The notes: generated from the sequence alone by a model not told the origin. Shown: positions 10,121-19,941, counted from the stretch's first letter. The stretch is 64,000 nucleotides of DNA from Bacilli bacterium (GCA_024407995.1 JAKSVL010000001.1:13467-77466), one strand, 5' to 3'. Translations and numbers: made by a program.

Positions 10121-10139
10121 TTGAATACATTATATTCAA
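10121..10139. promoter_or_regulatory. Perfect 7-5-7 palindrome TTGAATAcattaTATTCAA in the thyA leader / divergent rluA region
   Basis: Seen directly, 15 nt upstream of the thyA start codon. Candidate operator. Confidence 0.3.
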
Positions 10140-10212
10140 TATATTGAGCTTTCAAAATCAAAAACGTAAAAATCTTTTGCGTACGCGCTTCTAATAAGGA
10201 AAAATATATGTA

Positions 10213-10899
10213 ATGGAACAAATTATTTTCGAAGATCAAAACATTCTAATTATTAACAAACCTCGTGGTCTGTTATTGCAACAAGATGGTGATGAATCGC
10301 ACCTTTCTCTAGATAAGATGGTCGCGGATTATTTAAAAATGACTGCGATGCCCGCTCATAGACTGGATAAGGATACATCTGGTTTATGTGTTTTTGCTAA
10401 AAATAAAAAAACCGCCGATGAATTAGGCAAGATTTTTAACGACCACACTCAAATTGAAAAACATTACATTACTTTAGTTGTGGGCAATATTGAAGAAGAT
10501 GGTGTGGTTGATGCTCCTCTTAGAAAAAGCTTTGAGCGCAAGAAAATGGTAGTAGCACCATTAAAAAGTGGGGCGAAACCTGCTATTACAAAATATAGTG
10601 TCATCGAAAGACATACTGACTATACATTGCTTGATGTACAACTATTAACCGGTAGAACACACCAAATACGCGCTCACATGTCGTATATACGCCATCATGT
10701 TGTAGGCGATGTTAAATATGGCGATTACAAAATAAATAACATTTTTAAACGTGATTTTAGCTTTGAAAACCAGTTTTTGCACGCTTATAAATTGAAATTT
10801 TTAGATATAAAAGGACATTTAAATTACTTAAAAAATCGTGAATTTTCCGCTGATTTACCACCAGAATTGCAGGAAATATTAAAAAAATTAGATAATTAA
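10213..10899 (+). CDS. RluA-family pseudouridine synthase
   Basis: Catalytic motif HRLDKDTSGLCVFAKN. Confidence 0.8.
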   Translation: MEQIIFEDQNILIINKPRGLLLQQDGDESHLSLDKMVADYLKMTAMPAHRLDKDTSGLCVFAKNKKTADELGKIFNDHTQIEKHYITLVVGNIEEDGVVDAPLRKSFERKKMVVAPLKSGAKPAITKYSVIERHTDYTLLDVQLLTGRTHQIRAHMSYIRHHVVGDVKYGDYKINNIFKRDFSFENQFLHAYKLKFLDIKGHLNYLKNREFSADLPPELQEILKKLDN

Positions 10900-10928
10900 T
10901 TATCTAAAATGAATATTTTAAAAAATAT

Positions 10929-10955
10929 TTAGCACTCCTATTGACAGAGTGCTAA
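10929..10955 (+). promoter_or_regulatory. CIRCE operator (HrcA binding site) #1. It is a perfect consensus overlapping the -35 TTGACA (10941..10946); the -10 TATCAT is at 10965..10970.
   Basis: TTAGCACTC-ctattgaca-GAGTGCTAA matches the consensus TTAGCACTC-N9-GAGTGCTAA. Confidence 0.85.
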
Positions 10956-10977
10956 TTTTTGTTCTATCATGTATTCG

Positions 10978-11004
10978 TTAGCAGTCAAGGTGGACGAGTG
11001 CTAA
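10978..11004 (+). promoter_or_regulatory. CIRCE operator #2 (one mismatch), in the hsp20 5' UTR
   Basis: TTAGCAGTC-aaggtggac-GAGTGCTAA. Confidence 0.7.
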
Positions 11005-11031
11005 AAGAAGTAATATTGGAGGTATTAACTA

Positions 11032-11426
11032 TGAGAAATTATATTACTACTTATGATCCATTTTTCGGCAGATTTTTCCTTAGAACAAGCAACTGCTCAG
11101 CATCACAAATGATGAAAACAGATATCAAAGAAACAAAAGATTCATATTTAATGAAGATTGATCTTCCTGAAGTTAAAAAAGAAGATACAAAGATTACATT
11201 AGAAGATGGTTATCTCAAAGTAACTGCTGTTATCAATCACGAAGACGAAGATGATGAATACATCTATCGTGAAAGAAGCTATGGTGAATATTCACGTTCC
11301 TATTATGTTGGAGATACAGTCAAATTAGATGACGTGTCCGCTAAAATGGAAAATGGCGTGTTAACTATCGACATTAAAAAACGTGACGAAGAAACTAAAA
11401 AAGAACAATTTGTCCATATCTCATAA
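11032..11426 (+). CDS. Hsp20/alpha-crystallin family small heat shock protein
   Basis: An alpha-crystallin domain (KIDLPEVKKEDTKITLEDGYLKVTA...RERSYGEYSRSYYVG...ENGVLTIDIKK). GGAGG RBS 8 nt upstream of ATG 11032. The longer track ORF from 10959 would run through both CIRCE elements. Confidence 0.85.
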
Positions 11427-11468
11427 ACTCCCGATGTACGAGCGTTACGTGCAACGCTCATATCACCA

Positions 11469-11499
11469 AGGCGCCAGATTACTGGTGCCTTTCTTTTTG
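11469..11499 (+). terminator. Rho-independent terminator after hsp20
   Basis: AGGCGCCAG-atta-CTGGTGCCT followed by TTCTTTTTG. It is preceded by a second hairpin GAGCGTT-acgtgca-AACGCTC (11440..11460). Confidence 0.55.
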
Positions 11500-11590
11500 C
11501 GTTTGCACCTATACTTGTATACGCGCTGTGATATAATAAAAAAGTATTTTACAACATTTCGTTTGATATTTATAAAAGGTGGTTTTATTT

Positions 11591-14500
11591 ATGACAAAAC
11601 TAACATTTCTAGCGTCTTTTTTAGACGAAGCAATTTTTCCAGGCGGATATTCAATTCGTGCAGTTTTTGAATATTGGTATCTTGGATTAATTATCATCAT
11701 CGTGCTTGCGATCGCCACAGTAGGCCTATATTTCCTTTTATCGTGGCTTTTCGGTCGCATGAAATTTGATGATAAAGACAAAGAAACTTTCAGCAATTAT
11801 CGCGCTGCAAAGAAGGATGAAAAGAAAGAAATTGCTAAGGATGCAAGTAAGCCAGTTAAAAACGTTGTCTTGTGGCAAAGAATGAAATTCTGGCTCATTC
11901 CAGTCGTTTGCGTTGGCGGACTTGTGGTCGCTGCCGCAGCATCGTTCCTTCCTTCCGCCGCATTTAAAAATTTATTATTCACCATGGGTGGTAGTCACGT
12001 TACTATTTACGATACAGAAGCTTCTAGAAAAGCTGCTGCAGAAGCAGAAAAGAACGTCGTAACTATCGAAGAAGAAGGTATTGTTCTTTTGAAGAACACC
12101 AATGATTCACTTCCATTAAAAGCTGCAGATGGCGAAGAAAAGATTAAAGTTAATATTTTTGGTTCCTGCGCTTATGGTCTTTTTTATGGCAATGGTGGTT
12201 CTGGCTCTTTCCAAACAGATGGTAGAGTATCTGCTTTCCCAAGAGTTGCCACTAAATTAGAAGCCGCTCTTGTAGAGGAAGGCGTTGAAATCAACAACAA
12301 CCTCTTCAATATGGTAAAAAACTATTACAGAAATAAGAGTGTTTCTATTGCAGAATCTGACTACGATATTCAATGTGGCTTTAACAAATATAACTACAGT
12401 GAAATCGCTCCTAGTAAAGCGCCTTATGACTATGAACCTCCTGTTTCAGCATATGAAAAAGAATTTACTGAATTAGGTGGCAAAACATTATTGCAAGACG
12501 CAAAAGACTTCTCTGATACAGCTATCTTTTGCATCACAAGACGTGGTTCTGAAGATGAAGATATGAATCTCAGTGATTTGCAACTTAAATCAGGCGAAAA
12601 AGAAGTTATTGATATGCTCGAAGAAAACTTTGAGAATGTTGTTATTTTATTAAACGTTCCAACAGTTATTGAATCTAGATTCTTAGATGATGATGAAATC
12701 GATTCTGCTGTTTTCATCGGTCATCCAGGATTAACTGGTGCAACCGCAGTGGCAGAAATGCTTACTGGTAAAATCAATCCATCAGGTCACTTAGTTGATA
12801 CGTGGCCATATGATGTAACAAGCGCCCCATCATATCAAAACTTTGGTAATGACACCACCTTATCGCACACAGGTGGTTCAACTGGTAAATTTACTGATTA
12901 TTTAGAAGGTATTTATGTTGGCTATCGTTACTACACAACACGTGGCATGGTCGATCCAAATTATAAATATAATGAAGAAGTTCAATATTCATTTGGACAT
13001 GGTTTATCTTACACAACATTTGACAAATCAATCGTTGAATTTGATGTGGATAAAACAAATCAAAAAGTTACAGCATTCGTGGATGTCAAAAATACCGGTA
13101 ATGTTGCAGGTAAAGACGTCATCCAAATTTATAATCATGCTCCATATACCGACGGCGGTATTGAAAAAGCGTGGTATTCATTAGCGGCATTTGCTAAAAC
13201 CAACATTATTGAACCAGGTGAAACCAAGACATATAAGTTAGAATTCACATTCAGAGATATAGCATCATGGTCAACCGATAAAGGTTATTACATCTTAGAA
13301 AAAGGTGATTATGAAATTTCATTAAGAGAAAACGTTTGGGATGTTGCAGTTACAACAACTAATAACGAAAACGTCCGTTCATTCAATTTATCTTCTGATA
13401 TCAATTTCACTGAAAGCTATCAAACCGGCAAACAATATGAAAACATTTTCCAAGATGTTGAATGGGGTGCCGGTGAAGAACCTATTGAATATTTATCTCG
13501 CAGTGATTTTGAAGGCACATTCACTATGAAGAACGACATTAATCGTGTTGCTCTTGCAGATAAATTCCCAGGTGGTAATTCTAACTCCACTAGTGGTGCA
13601 AACTTCACCTATGAAGACAATCAAATTGATGAAGAATTACCAGAACAAGGTGTCGCGGGCGATTTAACTCTTGCTGACATGAAAGAAGCAGATTGGGATG
13701 ATCCAAGCTGGGATGATCTTCTTAGCCAAATGTCCATTCAAGATATGGAAAAATTAATTGAATTTGGTGGATTTAAAACATCCGCTATTGCTAGCATCGG
13801 CAAAGAAGAAACAAAAGACTATGATGGACCAAGTGCAGCTTATCACTCTGGTACTGGTCACCCAAGTGAAGTTGTCGTCGGTTGCTCTTGGAGTACTGAT
13901 GTTGCTAGATTAATGGGTGAATCAATTGGTAGAGAAGGTGCTGCCCGCGGTTTAACCGGCTGGTATGCTCCTGGTATCAATACTCACCGTTCACCATTCG
14001 GTGGTAGAAACTTTGAATATTATTCTGAAGATCCATTAATTGGTGGCCTTATGGCAGGAAATACTGCACAAGGTGCCTTAAAATATGGTGTTTATTCTTA
14101 CGCCAAACACTTCATTTGTAATGACCAAGAAAATAGCCGTGCTGGTCTCTTTGTTTGGGCAAAAGAACAAGCTATCAGAGAAATTTATGCTCGTGGTTTT
14201 GAACTTTATGTTGATTTAGGTGGCTTAGGCATTATGTCATCATTCAACTGTTTAGGTTCTTGGTGGTGTGGTGCTTCCGAAGCATTATTAACCACTCTCT
14301 TAAGAGAAGAATGGGGATTCCATGGTGTTGTTGTTACTGACTATGCTGGTCCTGACTATATGGCTACAAATATTGGCTTAAGAGCTGGTAATGACTTATG
14401 GCTCACTCCAAATGATCTAAACAATAGAATCGATCCAGCAGGTACTTATAGTGCTACTCCACACGATGCAACCATCTTAATGAGAAGAGCATGTAAGAAT

Positions 14501-14599
14501 ATTCTTTATGCTTGCTCACGTTCAAACAACGTTTGGACTCTTGAAGATTATCAAAACGTTGGTATCGAAGAAATTCGTAAAGCAACAGATAGATCATAA
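11591..14599 (+). CDS. Membrane-anchored glycoside hydrolase family 3 enzyme with permuted domain order. The alpha/beta-sandwich domain and FnIII-like domain precede the (beta/alpha)8 catalytic domain.
   Basis: N-terminal hydrophobic segments, then GHGLSYTTFDKS (a GH3 C-domain hallmark), and only afterwards KHFICNDQENSR and the nucleophile region GVVVTDYAG. Start set at ATG 11591 (AAAGGTGG RBS); the track start 11579 is GTG. Confidence 0.75.
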   Translation: MTKLTFLASFLDEAIFPGGYSIRAVFEYWYLGLIIIIVLAIATVGLYFLLSWLFGRMKFDDKDKETFSNYRAAKKDEKKEIAKDASKPVKNVVLWQRMKFWLIPVVCVGGLVVAAAASFLPSAAFKNLLFTMGGSHVTIYDTEASRKAAAEAEKNVVTIEEEGIVLLKNTNDSLPLKAADGEEKIKVNIFGSCAYGLFYGNGGSGSFQTDGRVSAFPRVATKLEAALVEEGVEINNNLFNMVKNYYRNKSVSIAESDYDIQCGFNKYNYSEIAPSKAPYDYEPPVSAYEKEFTELGGKTLLQDAKDFSDTAIFCITRRGSEDEDMNLSDLQLKSGEKEVIDMLEENFENVVILLNVPTVIESRFLDDDEIDSAVFIGHPGLTGATAVAEMLTGKINPSGHLVDTWPYDVTSAPSYQNFGNDTTLSHTGGSTGKFTDYLEGIYVGYRYYTTRGMVDPNYKYNEEVQYSFGHGLSYTTFDKSIVEFDVDKTNQKVTAFVDVKNTGNVAGKDVIQIYNHAPYTDGGIEKAWYSLAAFAKTNIIEPGETKTYKLEFTFRDIASWSTDKGYYILEKGDYEISLRENVWDVAVTTTNNENVRSFNLSSDINFTESYQTGKQYENIFQDVEWGAGEEPIEYLSRSDFEGTFTMKNDINRVALADKFPGGNSNSTSGANFTYEDNQIDEELPEQGVAGDLTLADMKEADWDDPSWDDLLSQMSIQDMEKLIEFGGFKTSAIASIGKEETKDYDGPSAAYHSGTGHPSEVVVGCSWSTDVARLMGESIGREGAARGLTGWYAPGINTHRSPFGGRNFEYYSEDPLIGGLMAGNTAQGALKYGVYSYAKHFICNDQENSRAGLFVWAKEQAIREIYARGFELYVDLGGLGIMSSFNCLGSWWCGASEALLTTLLREEWGFHGVVVTDYAGPDYMATNIGLRAGNDLWLTPNDLNNRIDPAGTYSATPHDATILMRRACKNILYACSRSNNVWTLEDYQNVGIEEIRKATDRS

Positions 14600-14621
14600 T
14601 TAAATTCATTGAGGAAAATTT

Positions 14622-17087
14622 ATGAGAAGAAAACATCAAGATATCATCAATCAATTAACTCTCGAGGAAAAGGCTAGCCTCATTAGTGGCAAAGACTTTT
14701 GGCAAACAGTTAATATTGATAGATTAAATATTCCAAGCGCTTTTCTAAGCGATGGTCCTCATGGAGTGAGAAGACAAGCTGCTGCTGCTGACCATTTAGG
14801 TTTAAATGCCTCAATTCCAGCGACATGCTATCCAACCGCCGCGACAATGGCAAATTCCTGGGACGTTGAATTGGGAGAAGGTCTTGGTAAAAGATTAGGC
14901 CAAGAGGCCGCTGCTCAAAAGGTCAACATTTTACTCGGACCAGGCCTTAACATGAAAAGAAGCCCACTATGTGGACGTAACTTTGAATATTTTTCTGAAG
15001 ATCCTTATTTAGCGGGTAAAATGGCTGCTGGATATGTTCGTGGTATTCAATCCAATGGTATTTCGGCTTGTATTAAACACTTTGCATGCAATAACCAAGA
15101 AGAAAACCGTATGACACTCGACAGTGTGGTTGATGAAAGAACATTCAGAGAAATCTATTTAACCGCTTTTGAAATTGCTGTTAAAGAAGGCAAAACCAAA
15201 AGCATTATGTCCTCATATAACTTAATAAATGGGGTTTATGCTAATGAAAATAAGCATTTGCTCTATGACATTTTAAGAAAAGAATGGGGATATAAGGGCT
15301 TGGTAGTTACTGACTGGGGTGGCAATAATGATGGCGTTGCCTCATTAAAATGTGGTAACCAACTTGAAATGCCGGGCACCCCAGATCGTCCAGAACAAGT
15401 TATTGCCGCTATCGATAGTGGTGAACTGGAACTCGGATTACTTGATGATAACGTTGATGTTTTATTGGATGTTATTTTAGAAACAACCAAAAATGGTGTT
15501 AATAAAGCTCCGGAAAAATTCGATGTTGATGAACACCATGAATATGCACAAAAATGCGCTGAAGAAAGTGCAGTTTTGTTAAAGAACAATAACGTTTTGC
15601 CTTTATCAAAAGAAGAAAAGGTGGCCTTTATTGGCGATTTCCTCTTTTTGCCAAGATATCAAGGTGCAGGTTCATCAATCGTTAATCCAACCAAGTTGGA
15701 CACAACCGATAAATTATTAAAGGATTATGATTTAAATTGCATTGGCTATGCTAGAGGTTTCCATCGCTATGGCAAGAACAAGAAAAAATTGCTTAATAAG
15801 GCTCTTGATTTGGCGGCAGAAGCCACGACAGTTGTTCTTTATTTAGGCTTAGATGAAGTAACGGAAGCCGAAGGTTTAGATCGTAAAAACTTAAAACTTG
15901 AAAAGAATCAACTTGAGTTAATTCAAAAGATTAAAAAGCTACACAAAAAGATTGTGGTTGTACTATCTTGTGGTAGTGCTATTGAAATGCCATTTATTGA
16001 TGATGTGGATGCAATATTGCATTGCTATTTAAATGGACAGGCTGGCGCTTTGGCAACTTTAAATCTTCTTTCTGGTAAGGTAAACCCATCTGGTAAGTTA
16101 TCTGAAACCATTCCATTAAAATTGGAAGATGTTGCAAGTAGCGATAATTTCCCAAGTCACACTAGAACGATTGAATATCGTGAAGCATATGGTATCGGTT
16201 ATCGTTATTTTGATACGGCACATGTTAGAGTGGCTTTCCCATTTGGCTTTGGTTTAAGTTATACAACATTTGAATATAGTGATTTAGCTGTAAGTCCTAA
16301 TGGTGTCACCTTTAACATCAAAAATACCGGTAAACGTGAAGGCAAAGAAGTCGCCCAATTATATGTTGGTTTAAGAGGTAGTGAAGTTATGCGTCCTGAA
16401 AAAGAACTTAAAGGCTTCAGTAAAGTATCCTTAAAACCAGGAGAAACAAAACAAGTTACAATTCCATTTGATGATAAAACATTTAGATATTTCAATGTTA
16501 AAACCAATAAATGGGAAATCGAAAAAGGTATCTATGATATATATGTTGGCTCTTCTAGTCGCGATCTTCTTTTACAAGGCACAATAGAACAAGCTGGCAC
16601 TGGCGCGGAAGCACCATACGATAAAACGCTAATGCCAAATTATTTTATTGGTAATTTAAGAAATATTCCTGATGAAGAATTTGCCGCTCTCTTAGGTCAC
16701 GAAATTCCTGACGGTTCGCTTCGATTCTACAAAAAGAATCGTATGCTGGTTGACTACAACACCACAATGTCTGAATTAAGATATGCTAAGCGCTGGGTTG
16801 GTCGTCTAGTAGGCAAAGCCATCCCTTGGTTTACTAGGGTTTTATATAAGATTGGTCAGCGCACGCTTGCAAACACGCTTGTCATGGGTGTTGTTCACCA
16901 ACCAATGAGAGGTCTTTCTAGATTCTCTAATGGTGGTCTTAGAATGGGTCAATTAGATGGTCTTATCATGGTTTTCAATGGTCATATATTTAAGGGATTA
17001 AGTTATATGAACAAAGAAAAGAAAAAATATAAGCAAATTGAAAAGGCTAAAAAGAAAGCCAAAAAAGCAGAAGCTGAAAATAAATAA
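14622..17087 (+). CDS. Glycoside hydrolase family 3 (beta-glucosidase/beta-xylosidase-like) with canonical domain order and a Lys-rich C-terminal extension
   Basis: SDGPHGVR, KHFACNNQEENR, GLVVTDWGG, then GFGLSYTTFEYS and an FnIII-like domain. Ends ...KKKAKKAEAENK. Confidence 0.85.
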   Translation: MRRKHQDIINQLTLEEKASLISGKDFWQTVNIDRLNIPSAFLSDGPHGVRRQAAAADHLGLNASIPATCYPTAATMANSWDVELGEGLGKRLGQEAAAQKVNILLGPGLNMKRSPLCGRNFEYFSEDPYLAGKMAAGYVRGIQSNGISACIKHFACNNQEENRMTLDSVVDERTFREIYLTAFEIAVKEGKTKSIMSSYNLINGVYANENKHLLYDILRKEWGYKGLVVTDWGGNNDGVASLKCGNQLEMPGTPDRPEQVIAAIDSGELELGLLDDNVDVLLDVILETTKNGVNKAPEKFDVDEHHEYAQKCAEESAVLLKNNNVLPLSKEEKVAFIGDFLFLPRYQGAGSSIVNPTKLDTTDKLLKDYDLNCIGYARGFHRYGKNKKKLLNKALDLAAEATTVVLYLGLDEVTEAEGLDRKNLKLEKNQLELIQKIKKLHKKIVVVLSCGSAIEMPFIDDVDAILHCYLNGQAGALATLNLLSGKVNPSGKLSETIPLKLEDVASSDNFPSHTRTIEYREAYGIGYRYFDTAHVRVAFPFGFGLSYTTFEYSDLAVSPNGVTFNIKNTGKREGKEVAQLYVGLRGSEVMRPEKELKGFSKVSLKPGETKQVTIPFDDKTFRYFNVKTNKWEIEKGIYDIYVGSSSRDLLLQGTIEQAGTGAEAPYDKTLMPNYFIGNLRNIPDEEFAALLGHEIPDGSLRFYKKNRMLVDYNTTMSELRYAKRWVGRLVGKAIPWFTRVLYKIGQRTLANTLVMGVVHQPMRGLSRFSNGGLRMGQLDGLIMVFNGHIFKGLSYMNKEKKKYKQIEKAKKKAKKAEAENK

Positions 17088-17098
17088 GATATAAAAAA

Positions 17099-17137
17099 AT
17101 CACTTCCAACTCAAAACGGAAGTGATTTTTGTTTATT
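17099..17137. terminator. Bidirectional rho-independent terminator between the convergent GH3 and ppdK genes
   Basis: ATCACTTCC-aactcaaaac-GGAAGTGAT, flanked by A7 upstream and TTTTTGTTTATT downstream. Confidence 0.6.
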
Positions 17138-17148
17138 CCTAAGATAAT

Positions 17149-19782
17149 TTATCTTGGGTTTTTGATGTTGGCTTGAGCAGCTGCTAATCTAGCGACTGGC
17201 ACACGGAATGGAGAACATGAGACATAGTCCAAACCGACTTTGTGATAGAATTCGATAGATTTGGCATCGCCACCTGTTTCACCACAAACACCAACGTGGA
17301 GTTCTGGGCGAGTGCTACGACCTAATTTAACGGCTAATTGAACGAGTTTGCCAACACCGTTTTGATCTAAGGTCTTGAATGGATCTTCTTCAAAGATCTT
17401 GGTTTCGTAATATGCAGGTAAGAATTTGCCAGCATCATCACGAGAGAAGCCAAATGTCATTTGTGTTAAGTCATTTGTACCAAATGAGAAGAATTCAGCG
17501 TCTTTAGCGATTTCGTCTGCTAATAAGGCGGCACGTGGGATTTCAATCATTGTACCAACGTGATATTGCATTGCTAAGCCGGAATCTTTGATTAAAGCAT
17601 CAGCTGTTTCGGTAATGATTTTCTTAACAAATGCTAATTCTTTTTCTTCAAGTACTAATGGAACCATGATTTCTGGTTTCACTAAAGTGCCAGTCTTCTT
17701 GCTGACGTTGATAGCAGCTTTGATAATAGCGGTTGTTTGCATTTTGCAAATTTCTGGATATGTGACTGCTAAACGGCAACCACGGTGACCCATCATTGGG
17801 TTGGCTTCGTGGAGTTCGGCGATTCTATCTTTGACGTTTTCGACCGTTAAGCCAAGAGCGTCTGCTAATTCTTTAATGAGTTCTTCTTCTTGCGGTAAGA
17901 ATTCATGGAGTGGTGGGTCTAATAAACGAACGTTAACATTAAATGGTAACATTGTTTCATAGAGAGCTTCAAAGTCGGCTTGTTGCATAGGTTCGATTTC
18001 TGCTAAAGCAGCTTCACGATCTTCGACTTTGTCTGCAAGAATCATTTTTCTCATTGAGAAGATTCTATCTTTTGCGAAGAACATGTGTTCTGTACGGCAA
18101 AGGCCAATACCTTCTGCGCCAAAGACTTTGGCTTGTTTTGCATCTCTTGGAGTATCAGCGTTTGTTCTGACTCTTAAGGCTCTGTATTGATCAACCCAGC
18201 TCATTAAACGACCGAAGTAACCTGCTGTTAAGTCTGGTTCAACTGTCTTGATTTCACCTTCGTAAACTTTTCCGGTGGAACCATCTAATGAGATGATATC
18301 GTTGTCTTTGTAGACTTTGTTACCAATTGTAACAGTGCGTTTTTCTTCATCGATAACTGCATCAGCGCAACCGCAGACACAGCATTTACCCATACCACGA
18401 GCAACAACGGCTGCGTGACTGGTCATACCACCGCGCATTGTAAGGATACCTTGTGAGGCAACCATACCGACGATGTCTTCTGGAGATGTTTCGGATCTAA
18501 CCAAAATAACTTTTTCACCAGCATTCTTACGTGCTTGTGCTTCTTCTGCTGTGAAGGCGATTTTACCTGTACCTGCGCCTGGGCCGGCTGGTAAACCTTT
18601 AGCGATTTCTGTCTTTTTGGCTAAGTCATCTTTATCGAAGCCAGGTAATAATAATTTATCAAAGCTGACTGGATCAATTCTTAAGACAGCTTCTTTTTCA
18701 TCGATTAAACCTTCGTCGACTAAATCGCAAGCGATTTTTAAAGCAGCGGCTGGGGTTCTCTTACCATTACGTGTTTGTAAGAAATATAATTTACCTTCTT
18801 CAACGGTGAATTCCATATCTTGCATATCGCGATAGTGGTTTTCCATTAATTTAATGGTCTTGACGAATTGTTCATAAACTTCTGGCATACGAGCTTGTAA
18901 CTCTTCAATGTGGAGAGGTGTGCGGATACCAGCAACGACGTCTTCACCTTGAGCGTTTGGTAAGTATTCAGCGGAAATAACTTTTTCGCCTGTACCTGGG
19001 TTACGTGAGAACGCAACACCTGTACCTGATGTTTCACCTTTATTACCGAAGGCCATTGATTGAACGTTAACAGCAGTGCCCCATGAATATGGGATGTTGT
19101 TCATCATACGATAAACGTTTGCTCTTGGATTGTCCCAGCTTCTGAAAACGGCTGCGACTGCTTCCATTAATTGAACTTTTGGATCGGTTGGGAATTCTTC
19201 ACCGAATGTTTTCTTGTAGTATTCTTTGTATTGAGCAACTAATTCTTTTAATTGTTCAGCGGTTACTTCTGTGTCTAATTTGTAACCATTCTTTTTCTTA
19301 AGATCATCAAGCATCTTGTCCATGTCATCACGTGGGTGACCTTTGGCGATGTTTGTGAACATAAGGATGAAACGACGGTAGCTGTCCATTGCGAATCTTT
19401 CGTTGTTTGTTTCTTTAGCAATGGCTGCGCATGTTGTTTCGTTTAAACCTAAATTTAAAATGGTATCCATCATACCTGGCATACTAACTCTAGCGCCGGA
19501 ACGGACGGAAACTAATAATGGATTTTTCTTGCCACCAAATGTTTTACCTGTTTTTGCTTCGATACCTTTAACAGCTTCAAAAATTTGGTTAATAACATAA
19601 TCTGGAATTTGCTTGCCACTTTCGTAGTAAAGTGTGCAGGCTTCTGTTGTGATTGTAAAACCTTCTGGAACTGGGACACCAATGTGGCTCATTTCTGCCA
19701 AACCAGCACCCTTGCCACCTAATAGTTCTTTACCGAGACCATAGGCTTCTTCGAAAGGATATACATATTTCTTTTCTGCCAT
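17149..19782 (-). CDS. ppdK: Pyruvate, phosphate dikinase
   Basis: 877 aa. Contains GGKGAGLAEMSHIGVPVPEGF, the phosphohistidine region GGMTSHAAVVARGMG and a C-terminal PEP-utilizing domain. Confidence 0.95.
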   Translation of the reverse strand: MAEKKYVYPFEEAYGLGKELLGGKGAGLAEMSHIGVPVPEGFTITTEACTLYYESGKQIPDYVINQIFEAVKGIEAKTGKTFGGKKNPLLVSVRSGARVSMPGMMDTILNLGLNETTCAAIAKETNNERFAMDSYRRFILMFTNIAKGHPRDDMDKMLDDLKKKNGYKLDTEVTAEQLKELVAQYKEYYKKTFGEEFPTDPKVQLMEAVAAVFRSWDNPRANVYRMMNNIPYSWGTAVNVQSMAFGNKGETSGTGVAFSRNPGTGEKVISAEYLPNAQGEDVVAGIRTPLHIEELQARMPEVYEQFVKTIKLMENHYRDMQDMEFTVEEGKLYFLQTRNGKRTPAAALKIACDLVDEGLIDEKEAVLRIDPVSFDKLLLPGFDKDDLAKKTEIAKGLPAGPGAGTGKIAFTAEEAQARKNAGEKVILVRSETSPEDIVGMVASQGILTMRGGMTSHAAVVARGMGKCCVCGCADAVIDEEKRTVTIGNKVYKDNDIISLDGSTGKVYEGEIKTVEPDLTAGYFGRLMSWVDQYRALRVRTNADTPRDAKQAKVFGAEGIGLCRTEHMFFAKDRIFSMRKMILADKVEDREAALAEIEPMQQADFEALYETMLPFNVNVRLLDPPLHEFLPQEEELIKELADALGLTVENVKDRIAELHEANPMMGHRGCRLAVTYPEICKMQTTAIIKAAINVSKKTGTLVKPEIMVPLVLEEKELAFVKKIITETADALIKDSGLAMQYHVGTMIEIPRAALLADEIAKDAEFFSFGTNDLTQMTFGFSRDDAGKFLPAYYETKIFEEDPFKTLDQNGVGKLVQLAVKLGRSTRPELHVGVCGETGGDAKSIEFYHKVGLDYVSCSPFRVPVARLAAAQANIKNPR

Positions 19783-19803
19783 AATATTCCTCCTGCAGGT
19801 TCA

Positions 19804-19817
19804 TGTGAGCGCTTACT
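19804..19817. promoter_or_regulatory. cre-like (CcpA-type) pseudo-palindrome TGTGAGCGCTTACT in the ppdK leader, embedded in nested inverted repeats
   Basis: 13 of 14 positions match TGWNANCGNTNWCA. It lies 10 nt upstream of the ppdK GGAGG RBS. Confidence 0.3.
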
Positions 19818-19941
19818 CACAGCGCTTAAATATTAGCACACATGCACATTCATGCCTACTTTTTTCTAAAAAAAGTGATACTCATCGATATTTTGTTTAC
19901 ACTATAATGGTAAGTATCAATAATGGTTGGAGATTTCTATT

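Noticed and set aside
10959-11031. Track start (10959) for the hsp20 ORF, giving a 24-aa N-terminal extension
   Set aside because: The extension would be translated through both CIRCE operators and the -10 region. ATG 11032 has a GGAGG RBS and begins the conserved sHSP N-terminus.
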